Both the position numbers and the translations under genes were made by a program. Positions 10,780 through 21,905 of a DNA stretch of 64,000 nt are shown in pieces; the stretch's first letter is position 1; the number at the start of each line of letters is the position of its first letter. Origin of the DNA: Caecitellus pseudoparvulus (lineage: Eukaryota > Protista > Bigyra: Bicosoecida); contig CBFFRQ010000030.1 of NCBI GenBank assembly GCA_965644315.1, forward strand, positions 617,083-681,082, in the 5' to 3' direction. Under the pieces are notes generated by a model. It did no database searches. It saw nothing but the letters and a program-made list of their open reading frames with translations, and had not been told where the DNA came from.

Positions 10780-11135
10780 GCTGTGACACGCTGCACCCAT
10801 GCTGTGGGCGCTGGCGCAAGCTTTTGTACATCGAGAGCCTGTGCCGAGTGGGTCCGCGCCAATGGGCAGCGCTTGCCACAACCGGTTGACCTGCACGTGC
10901 AGAGAAATGCACACCCGTGCGTGAGCTGAGCGCCACATTGCCGCACATTTTCCACACACCACAGGACTCAAACCCGTGCAGCTGTCATCCACGTATGCAG
11001 CGCTACCTGCTTCGTGTTGGCTTCTGGGCGGCGTTGGAGGAACAACACCCTGCGCGCACGTGCAGCGGCCGCTTTGTCCGCAAGCGCAACCAAGCGTAGC
11101 TCCGGGGCAGTACGCCCCGCAACACACATTTTCGA

Positions 11136-14100
11136 ATGGAAAAGCCTTATGTGGCGTTGGAAACGAACAGTCCCTTGTTGGGACACGCAGGCCTGGGGCA
11201 GCGGCTGGCACAAGGCGGGCACATGTCGGTCCCTGCTTCGGCGGTGCAAGCCAGCTCTCTGGCGAAGCCGGGACAACCATCCCCTGGCTGCTGCGAGTGT
11301 TGGACGAGCCCTCGCTGCAGGTGTGGCGTGCCGTACCTGTGCTGGTACCATGTGCGCGGGGCCCACCCCCATTGCAAAACATGCTGCTGCGTGTGGCCCG
11401 TCACGCTGCCCGTCATCCTGGACATGGTGCAGTGAGTGGCATCGACCGCCTCGCGCAGCCAGCGTTTTGGCAGCGTTTTCCCTCGGCACACGCCCCCTTG
11501 CAGAGACCGCGTGCGAAGTCGCATGCTGACCCTGAACGTATTCATGTTGGCAGTTGCCATTGTGTTTGTTCTCGTCGCGGCCCCCTGGATGACTGATCCG
11601 TACAACAGCCTGACCTTGGCCGCAGAGCCTGCCTCCGTGAGCTTCGCAGTGGAGCTGCAGGATTCCATGGTTTCAGGGGCGCAACTAGACACGCCTGTCG
11701 TCGTTCAGGTGCGAACATCCGCAGGAGCCCCTGTCGCGGGCGTCCCCGTCAAGTTGTTCCTGCGCCCCCGGAAGCACACTGGCCTCAGACTGTGGAGTGG
11801 CGAGCGCCTGGCCATTGTCCCTGGGTCGGCGCTCGACAACAACCTCGCCACGCTGGACAGCGTGGAATTGACAGGAACACTCATCCAACACTCGAATGAG
11901 GCCGGATTTGCGAGGTTTGATGATATCGTGCTGCGCGGGGCCCCAGGCGACGTCACGTTCTCTGCTGGCCTCGTGAACCAGCCGGCAGCAGTCGTGGCCG
12001 ATGCCCAGCCTCTGTCCACACAGCTGCAAAACCGCATCGCCAACATGTCCACACAATTTGACGCTGACGCCCTGCTCCAAGCAGGCGCAGTCCTGGGTCG
12101 TGCCTTGCCTGTCATGCCTGTCGTATCAGTGGTGAACGTCGACGGGCAACCTGCTGTGGGCACACACTGCTTCATCGGGTACTTGCCGCACTCAGAGCCT
12201 GGCGCACCACAGTTCCGAGCACCCGTCTTCCTGACGGGGAACCGAAGCACGACAGCGAACGCCACAGGCTTCGTCACGTGGCCTGAGCTGGCTGTGGCAG
12301 GGGCTGGGCAGAGTGCCCTGCGCCTCTTCGTGCAGTGTGGCGGCCAGTTTCAGCCCCTGCTCCCCGGCTCACTGGCGGTGCGCAGTGCATCAGTGGCGAG
12401 TATTGAGCTCGTCAGTGCGGCGCAAGCTGCTGTGCCCGAACTTGCGCCGCTCCCTGGAGCCCCTGCCGTGCGGGTGCCGGACAGCGCGGGCCAGCCTGTT
12501 CCGGGCGCTGTGCTTGTCGCGTCCATCCGCTCCGAGCTGTCATTGACCTGGACAGACACTGCACCAGACTGTGTGCTTTGCACTGCTCCAGGGGCCCATC
12601 GCTTGATGAAGAGCGTACAGCAGGCCGCTTCCCAACCGTCGGATTCAGATGGCATCGCCAGGTGGCCTGGTCTGTCCTTCCCCAGCCAAGGCCTTGCCGG
12701 ACAGTACTCACTGCGACTGTCAACTCTGAACACAGCAGGCAAGTCACTTCACGTCGCACTGGGGCCCATCAACGTGACTTCCAGCGTGGCAGATGTGTCG
12801 CTGCTTCCAGGCACTGCCACCGTCGTCTCTGCCCGACTGGCTGCTTCGTGTGTGCAGCCTGCCTGCGCAAATGGCGAAGTCAGCAACAGCCCGGTCTTCC
12901 TCTTGACTGATTCAAGCGGTGCGCCTGTCGAGGGGAAAGTCCTCGCACCGTTTGTTGTGGACAGCTACATGGCTCTCGCACCAGCCTCAGCGGCCCAGCC
13001 GCCCGTTGTTGTGACCGGGCAGGGAAACCCCAGCGACGAAAATGGGCACTTTTCCTTCGACATCGAACCCCTAACCATCAAGGTCTCGGGGAATGGAACC
13101 CACACCATTGGCTTCCGGGAGGTGGCGAGTGGATTCGGAGGGCACGAGTGGCCTTTCTTGGCCAGCTTGCCACCGATGACCAGCGCCAGTGCCAACTTCC
13201 CGACCCAGATGGTCACCGTGACGAACCTGCTACCTGCACATGATGACCGCTGCGCGCATGTTCAGGCCGAGGAAAGTGTCCTACACGCCTCTGTTGGAGG
13301 CACGCTGGCCGACCGCCTTCAGGTTCGAGTTGTGAATGGCTGGGGGTCGCCTGTGTCAGGCGTGCCGCTCCTTGCCACCATGCACAAGCCTGCTGGTGCC
13401 GCGTGGAAGGCCCCCGTCGCAAACACAACCTCTGCAAGCGGGGAGGCAAGCCTTGGCGGGGGGGCTGTCATCTATGCCCCCGGAAGTGCCACGGTGCTCT
13501 CCGTTGCTGCAGCAGGATCGCCAAGTTGCTCCAGCGGAGTGCTGGCGCTGCACATAGCCAGCGACGTGGAGCGAGTCACCGTCCAGTCGCCATCTGCCGC
13601 AAGCGGGGACTTGGGGTCGCGCGCCAACCCACTCCCGTGTGTGACCGGGCAAGCCTTGAACGAGACGTTGGAAGTGTTCGCCCAAACCTCCACAGGGAGC
13701 GCCGTGACCTCTGCCGTGCTGGGGCGAGTGGCCTTGTCTGCCTGGCCAGGATACCTGGACGTGCTTCCTGGGTACTCCACTGCCTCTGGGCAGACCATCT
13801 GTGATGTTCAGTCCGGGTACGGAGCTCTCGGCGCCCAGTGGTGCTCCTCTGACCAATCAGGCTTTTTCCTTTCTGCCGGAACCAACGTGGAGGTGGGCAG
13901 CCCGAGTGGTGGGGTAGTTTCCTGGAGCGGAGTGACCGTGACACGGGGCCAGCCTGGACTGTACGCCCTGCTCTTGGAAGTGAACGGTGTGCAAGCCGAC
14001 AAGCCAGTGTGGACTTGGTGCCCGTCCGAGCTTGGCAGCATTCGCTTGGCGCAGAGCATGGACGAGAGGACGGCGGCAGACCCAATCGTCATCGGCAACA

Positions 14101-17100
14101 AGGTGGATGGCATGCGAGGCGCTGTGGTATCCCTAGTGGATGTAAACGGGGATCCGCTGCAGGGATACTCTGCGTGGGGCGCCGTCGACAGTCGCCGATC
14201 TGGGCACCCTGCTCCATTTGGTTATTTTCTGAGCCAGGGTGTGTTTTCCCTGCAGCGTGCAGTGGGAACAGTCGCAGGAAGGGGGACCCTCCCGGCAGCT
14301 CCTTACAACGGCTTCGTGTTCTCGGAAGCAAGCAACTCTGCGGGGAATGTCACCTTTGGTCTCCTCCGAGTCGTGAGTGGCGATCCCTGTGCAATTGTGG
14401 CTGAGCCCAGTCCGACTTGCGACGGTTTTGGGGAGCTCTTTATGTTGTTCACCTTCCCAACACCCGGGCAAGAGGGCACCGGGACCGCTGCGACTGGATC
14501 GCTGTCTGCCAGGTCCGCAAGGTACTTCACAGTCGCCCAAACTCTGGAGCCACAGCACGTGTTCAACCCTGTGCAGGCAGTTGCCTTGCGTGTGCTGCCC
14601 AGCTCCGTCACGGCTAGTGGGGCGACCTTTGCGGCGCAGCCCATGGCACAGATCGAAATGCGGCTGCCGTTTGCTCTCCCATCAAGCACTAATGACTCGG
14701 CACTTGCAGTGTTCAGCCCACAGGACATTGCAGTTGTGCCGTTCCTGGACCCTGCCGGTTCAAGCGACGCCGCTTCTGGGCCACTGCCCACGCTGGAATA
14801 CTCCAGCCTCATCCTAACGAACGCGACGTCAGAGGCAACTCGCTTGGTAACGGGGTCTTCCTCATTCTCAACAGGGAGCGTCGCTGGAGCCGGAGGGCTT
14901 GCTCCCTTCCAAGGCCTACGCATCACCGCTGCCTCCACCCTTCTCGGCAGCTCCGCGAGTAGTTCCAGCTTGGGCAAGTACCCCATCCGCTTCACTGCAC
15001 TGGGCGTGGCCAGCAAGGCTGCCAATGTCGAGCTCGTGGGCACCCCAGATGTGCTGGCCATCGTACAGCAGCCCCCCGAAGTAGTGTACATTGGGCAGCC
15101 CTGGACAGGGACTGTCGTAGTTCGAGCCGAGCTGCGGAACGGAGTTGCCGTTCCTGGCGTCGCGCTGCGAGCGGAGATTGCCTCCATGGTCACAGACGGT
15201 GCGGCTGCAAACGCAGAGCTGACTGCACTCGCCAGGGAGGCAGGTGGCATCACACCAGTGCTGCGCACCCAAGCGGGGCAAGACATGACGGGATCGGACG
15301 GGACACTGGCTCTGCAGCTCGAACTGCGACAGGCCCTGCCTGGGACGTACACTTTTCAATTCTCGTCCAATAATGGCTTGACGTCGCAGGCCACGAGCAA
15401 GGTGCGCGTGCGCTCCCCCGTGCAGGCCATCTCGGCGAGCGTCGATGGCATGACCCTGTTTTTGCGTGCTGGCAACGCCTTGGACCCGGCTCCCAGGGTG
15501 ACTGTGACCTTGCAACAGTCCGGAGGTATGGACCCTGCCAGTACCAGCACACTCACTAGTTGGTCTGATGACAGGGATACCGCAGCAGAGGACCGCTCGG
15601 TCGACTTCTCAGACGTGTCACTGGAGGGCATGCAGGTACTGCCCATCGTGCTCCCTCTGTTTGAATTGCAAGAAGGTGCTGCCCGCCCATCCATCATTCG
15701 TGGAGCCGCGTTTACGGATGCGAACGGCACGGCCACGTTGGCGTCTATGCGCATCATAGGAGGCGTGTCAGGATCGTACCAGCTTGCGTTTTTGGCAGGC
15801 GGACAGGTGCACCAGCCTGCCAACGCTGCCACAGTGCAGTACAACAACCCCAGCGATGTGGGCATTCAAGCACGGACTTTGGAAGACCTGTCCACGGTAG
15901 TTGGAGTCATGATCTTCTTTCTCATGCCCTTGCTATGCGGCAACAGCATCTACTGCGCCAAGGGCTGTGTGTGCTGCATGGTGCCGTACATGACAATACT
16001 GTGGATACTTTGCATCGCGTACGCCTCTTCCATTGCAACAGCTGGGGTTGGTGTCAAACTGCAATACGCCGACCCTTTCATCTCTCTCCTCGTGACCAGC
16101 GTTGTTGTGCTTGCGACGCTGGCCTGGTGCTCGGTCTGTGGCGTGTTTGGCAAGGCGCTGGCTGACGCTAAGCACCAGGACTCATCCATCATTCAAGCCG
16201 TGGTGGAGCGGTTAGGTGGGCCCAGCGGCCCGGTGGGTCGCGCGCTCCAGGCCATGGGGTGTCTTGCGCCCCGTGTCCGCATTGCGGCACGGCACCGAGC
16301 GGCACTTGCAGTGCTGCAAGCCAAGTTGGACCGAGTTGAGTCTTCTGCCGACGACATGACCGTCGCCCCCTCCCAGTTGGGCTGGACGATGAAGCACTTG
16401 CCCTCCTCCCGGCCGAAGGTGCATGCAAAAGACGCCAGTGGGGACGTCGAGCTGGTCGATCGCAGCCAAGGCAGCCTGGTTGCTGCCGCACCAGCCGCGG
16501 CACCCACAGCCGCCCCTCCATCTCCACGGCATGCCCACGCTGTTGATCTCGGTGGCTCTTCATTCCAAGAGCTTCCCTATGATCCTTGGGGCGTGCCCCG
16601 TGACACGAAGTTTGGCATCCCCATGATTCCATTGGAGGCCCTGGCCCAACTGGCGCCGTACAAGCCGCTGTACACTCGCAAGCTCATCGCATACACGCTC
16701 CTTGTCAAGCGCCTGCTGCCTGTTGGCGTCTCGGTGTTCGAAGCAAATGTGGAAGCGCTGCGCATATTCAGGGAGGATGTGCTGCGCGTGTCCGGCGAGT
16801 CGACGGCCGCTGGCGACCTGTCAGCCTCCGGGGCTGCCAGCCCCAGCCCGCTGAAGCAGCGGCATACGCGGGTGCAAGTCGCTGGGGCACTGGCCGCAGA
16901 TCGACGGCAACAAGCGCCAGCGCTGAAGCCGATCAAGTCCAGGCGCTTCTTTGATGCAGTGCAAGACCGCTTAAAGCAGTTGATGCAGCCGACAACAGCC
17001 GTCACAGGGCACGCGCTGTACGAAAAGCCGGACGACGCCTTCTTGCCGCTGCGACTGGTGCTGGCATGTGGTCTGAGTATACAGGCAGTGTGGATTCTTT

Positions 17101-18275
17101 GTATGCTGTCAGCGTGGGTCATCCGCACGAGTTTGTTTGCTGTGGATATTGGGTACAGGAGGGCAGTGCGTGAGAAGGAGGCGTTGCAGGTGTCTGCCAT
17201 TGGACGAGCTGTGGCATCCGGCCAGGTGGAGGCGAACCTAAGGACATTTGCAGCACTGGCCGAGCTAGGTTCAGGAGGAGGCAGCACTGAATCTGAGTGG
17301 CTCATCCAAGCCGCTGAGCTTGCCGGCGTTGCAATGTCGTTGCTGAACTCAGTGGTCGCGCTTGACTTGGAGCTGTTGCGGGACTGGCTGAAGACAACGA
17401 TAGCGGTGGGAGGCTACGTTGGGCTGGCAGCTGCCTTATGTGGGTCATTGGCGTTGTGGTACTTCATGCTCAAGACGTACCGGCAACGAATCTTCGAAAT
17501 GCGGCAAGGCGTGTACAGCCAGTTGGACAAGTCCAAGGGCGGCGTCTCAGGCGCGACGAGGTACATCCCCTTGCAGCTGTGGCACACGATATTCTCGTTC
17601 CTGGCCTGTCTGTTCTGCGTTGGCATCGTCATCGCGGCATTGGTGACGCTCTTCTATAGCGATGCGTTCCTGTTCAATGCGTTGGGCCTGCCAAACCTCA
17701 TTCTGACACTGGCAGGCGGTACGTTGGTCACGTTTGTCCTTCGCTATGTCTTCTTGAAGTGCTACGTCACACGCGGCAGAACCATCCGACACCGGCGGTG
17801 GTTCAACTACTGTGACCTCCTCAGTCTGATCACGGACCTCGTGACAGGCCTGCTACCCATTCTGACCCGCTTCCTCACCACTTTGGGCTTGAGCCTGCTG
17901 GCCTTTGGCCGCACAGACACGCCCCAACTTCCCCGGCAGCTTGCATTCATGGACCCTTCGTTCACTGCTTACGTTGGCATGCAGACGGTAGACCACATGC
18001 ACAACAACCCCATCGTCATGGTCCTCACCGAGCTGCTGTGGATGGACGTGCAGTGGAAGCGACAACGCCAACGGCAACACGACACGCCCACCCCTGAGCA
18101 AGCACGCAGGGCCGCCGTCCTGGTGCGAGCCAAGGCCAAGGTGTGGCTGGCAGTCACCCTGCACAACAACCCGCAGCTCATCTCCCTGCGCTTGGCGCGC
18201 AGGCAAGGCCGGCCGGAGAGCAACCTGTACAACATGTTGCAGGGCCCTCTGCTCACCTCCGCCGCCCTTGGTTGA
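11136..18275 (+). CDS. Giant STRA6-family (RBP-receptor-like) multipass membrane protein with a large Ig-like repeat ectodomain; exons 11136-11431 and 11504-18275
   Basis: Intron 11432-11503 (GTGAGT..CAG, 72 nt) joins the Cys-rich ORF at 11136 to DRVRSRMLTLNVF. The C-terminal part matches STRA6 as I recall it: FLPLRLVLA, LKTYRQRIFEMRQG, HRRWF...GRTD..QLP....MDPSFTAY.GM..VDHMHNNP, RAKAKVWLAVTLHNNPQLISLR. Repeated [TS]DxxGxAx[FLW] motifs lie at about 11640-15860. Confidence 0.82.
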
Positions 18276-18531
18276 TGTGGGAATCCTGAAGTCGTGAGCC
18301 CATAGCGCCTTGCCATCTCAGTCTGTGCCCTCCTCCCCAGCTGTCTCCAAAATGCATGTCATGCAGCTTGACTCGCCGAACGCTGTGCCCCCCCCGTATG
18401 GCAGCGCCACGGGCCCTCCTTGCGGTGAAACCAGATGCATACTAAATCCAAAAGCACCTGGTGTTGAAGTCCACGCGTCTGCTCACGCGCTGGCTGTGCG
18501 GGCCGGCGTGTGTGGTACCTCTGACGCTGCC

Positions 18532-20266
18532 ATGGCCGCCAGCACCGCACCAGTGCTCATTGTCATCGATGGTGCCAACGTCGCGCTGAGCGCTGCAGAG
18601 GGGAGGGAGGATGCTAGGCGGCCTGAGAGGATCGCAGCAGCGATCGAGTACTTTTCCTCGCAAGGGTGTCGGTGTGTGGCCTTCGTGCCGCGCTACTGGG
18701 TGCACCCTCGACGCAGAGGTGAGGGAGTGCGGAAATCGAGGGGCCACCACGCCGCTGTGCCACAGCTCCCCCTTGCAACACCCCTGCAGAGGGAGACGGC
18801 AACATCGAAACAGATGGCGAGGCATTGCTAAAGCAACTCGTTTTAGATGGCTCTGTTGTCCTGACTCCATCCCAGGTGCGGCAGGGAGCAATCTTGGATG
18901 TGCACAGCGCTCATGCCCCACACACGCCTCGGCCCCCCTTTGTCAGGACTGCGACGACCTGTACATCATCGAGTACGCCCGGTCCAAGGACGGGGAAGCT
19001 GAGGGTGGTGCTGGACAGCATGCCTTCATTGTCACCAACGACATGTTCCGGGACCACATCCAGCGCAACGGGAGCGACTTCGGCGCATGGGTGAAGGGGC
19101 ACGTCGTCTCCTACAGCTTCGTGACGGACGCCGAATTCGTCCCGAATCCAGCAGCCATGCGCAGTGTCAAGTCTGCACTGTCAGGTGTAGGGCGAGCCTC
19201 GCACACGCGTGCCTCCGGGCCTGCCCCCCCCACCGGCAGTCGATCAGCTGAGCGGGGCGCGAGACTGCAGGAGCGATACGGGAAGCCTGCCAGGTCCCGC
19301 GGGGGAGGCACGGGCTTGGAGGTGTCCACATGCATTCTCTCTGACAGTGATGAGGGTGGGGAGGACGAGGATGGCGACGTGGTTGCGCCGGGCGCCTCGA
19401 CCACGGCCGTGGCTGGCCCCAGTATCCCCGCCGCCCCGCCTGCATCCTCGTTTGACCTCTCTTCGGGAGGACTGGGGGCACCTGGCATGCAAGGCGCTGT
19501 GCCCAGCACGTTTCAGCCCTCGGCAGCTGTGCAGGCCTTGCCTGGGGCTGCAGGCACAGTGGCGCCCTTCAGCATATCAGCAGCAACGGCAGGGACAAGC
19601 ACTGCCCCGCCAGCGCATTCGCCAGGCAGCGTTTCCCCTGCCATGCTAGCAGCGACGTGTTCAGCGTATCGGAAGCATGTGGTAGACACGCACTACATTG
19701 GTGGTGCGCTGCCCTTGTTTTGGGCCCCGGCAGCAGTGGTAGCGGCTGCGCAGGCGGTGCAGCGCCTGCCTGCCCTGCCCACAGACCGGGAAGTCATGCG
19801 GCAGGTGTTTGAGGCTGCCCCGGCACGCCTCAAGCGCAGTGGCCGGACGCGGTTCACAGCAGCTGTCGTGTGCGATGTTGCGCCCATCGTAGGGGCGCGC
19901 ATGTTCAACCTGGCGAAAACTGCGCTGCAGCCGCGGGATGTGGGAGAACTCCCGCCAACATATGCCCAAGCTGCCTTTGCTGCGTCAGCTACTCGCTGCA
20001 TCATGGGTCGCTGGCTTGCATACCTTGGGGAGCACGACACGACTCGGCGGCAGGTGTTTTCGTATGTGACGCTTCACCGCTTGCCACGAGACGCTGGGGA
20101 CGACCCACTGAGCCCCGCAGCGCTGGAGGCTGCAGAAACCGCGCTGAATGAGCGGAGGGTCACGAGAGAAGTGTTTGGCTTGCCGCGCTCTGACGAGTGG
20201 GCGGGGGAGGCGAGAGCACGGGGCGTGCGAGAGGTGCGTGGGCGCGCCGGGCTGCTGCCGGAGTGA
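18532..20266 (+). CDS. Zc3h12a/Regnase-like NYN (PIN) ribonuclease; exons 18532-18718, 18790-18875 and 18947-20266
   Basis: Two 71-nt introns (18719-18789, 18876-18946) assemble VIDGANVA...VVLTPSQDCDDLYIIEYA...IVTNDMFRDH, which carries all four acidic PIN catalytic positions. Confidence 0.85.
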
Positions 20267-20292
20267 GGGGAGGGGAAACATGCATTGCGCCG

Positions 20293-21814
20293 TCAAGACG
20301 CCTCTGCCAGCCCCGCCAGCGACCCATGCGCAAACAGGTGCTCGCAGATGTTCGAGAGGCGCATGGCAAAGGCCTGCCGGGAAAACACCGCCTCGGCACG
20401 CGCCCTGCCCGCTGCGCCCATTTGCGTGACACGCCCAGGCTCGTCGGCCAGCTGTCGCATGGCGCCGGCGAAGGCGCCTGGCTCCGGCTGCAGCAGAAAC
20501 CCAGTGGTTTCGTGCCGAATGGACTCCAGTGGCCCTCCCGATGCACAGGCGAGCACTGGGCGGTGCGCAGCCATGGTCTCAATGGGCACGATTCCAAAGT
20601 GCTCGTTTGTGGGCGTGTACACCACCCCAGACGTGGCCTGCAGCAACTGCTGCTTCTCTTCATCTGTGAAGGAGCGGAGGAACCCCACCTGTGGCCCACG
20701 GGCGCCCCCTCCCAGCACCCCCGCGATGACCTCCTCATTCGCCATGGTGTCTGACGCTGCCTCGGGCAGCGTGCGGAGGCCGAGGCCCTGCGACAGACGG
20801 CACAGGGATGTGTGTGGCCAGGCTTCGGCGTGGCAGGTGCGGAGGCTGTGAGACGTACCTTGGCCAGGCTGTGCAGTTCTTCGTAGTGCTCTGTGTTTTC
20901 TGCCACGCGAGGGTCGTAGCCGCCTGCCACCAGCAGGCACACAGGCGACGGCGGGTTGATGCTGTCCAGCTCGGCCAGCGCTTGGATGGCCAAGTTGATG
21001 TTCTTCTTGCGTTCATAGCGGTTGATGGAGAGGAACATGACTGGCTGGGGGTGTGGCGGTGCGGGAGCAGTGCTGTCCGACCCCACGTCAATGCACGGGT
21101 ACAGCACGCGCACTTCCGCCATACGACCAGCGAGAGACTTGAACGTGTTCTGCACCACGCCCTTGGTGAAGTTGGAGTTCACCAGGATGCCGTCGGCGGC
21201 AGCGGTCGTCACTTCCTCCAGAGCGTCAAAGGGCGCTCGGTACAGCGCCTTCAGCCAGCCCCCTCTGGAGGACAGCAGCTGATCTGGGAAGTGGCAGTAA
21301 AACAGCACCTTGGCGTGGGGTGCCAGCATGCGCAACACTGGCACACAGACGGACACCTGCGCAGGGGAGGTGACAATGGAGTCGTGGGCTGAGGTTTGCC
21401 AGCGCCAGCGCCAGCGCCAGCGGCGCACCTGGTCACAGATGAAAATGTCAAAGGTCTTGCCGGACAGCAGCACAGCACAAGTCAACCACAAGTTGCGGAG
21501 AAGTGCGAAGACGATGTGAAGCGTGCCTGCGATTTCCCGGGGCAGCCAATCGCCGTACACGTGGATGGGGAAGGCACCCGAGCGCGTTTCTTGAAATGCC
21601 CGCTCAGGCGAGTAGTGCGACGTGTACATGTCCACGGTGTGGCCCTGCACACAATATGCGAGGTGGGGGCGGACTGTGCACATGTGTTGCACAGCTTTGG
21701 GTTGGCTGGCACATGTCGTACCTTTTCCACGAGTGCCATGGCTGCATCCACCACGAGACGCTCGGCCCCTCCGATGCCGAGGTCTGGGTGCAGCATGGCA
21801 ATGCGCAGAGGCAT
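20293..21814 (-). CDS. ALG2: Alpha-1,3/1,6-mannosyltransferase ALG2; introns 21645-21721, 21357-21428 and 20788-20858
   Basis: Motifs LHPDLGIGGAERLVVDAA, FYCHFPD.LL, ILVNSNFT, FLSINRYERKKNI.LAI, GGYDPRV.EN.EH and YTPTNEHFGIVPIE.M. The three GT-AG introns restore the frame. Confidence 0.95.
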
Positions 21815-21905
21815 GGCCACGGGTCTTGGTTGTTCCACGCCGGCACTACAGACGAGCACGAGCGCCGCATGTGGGCGCGTGGAAGAGGTGTATTGGAAAT
21901 TGAGC

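Noticed and set aside
8656-11382. 908-aa antisense ORF over the SPFH gene, and many similar antisense or alternate-frame ORFs over dynein, Vps18 and DDX51
   Set aside because: Shadow ORFs expected from very high GC3 codon usage; no recognisable motifs, and the opposite strand carries the conserved protein.
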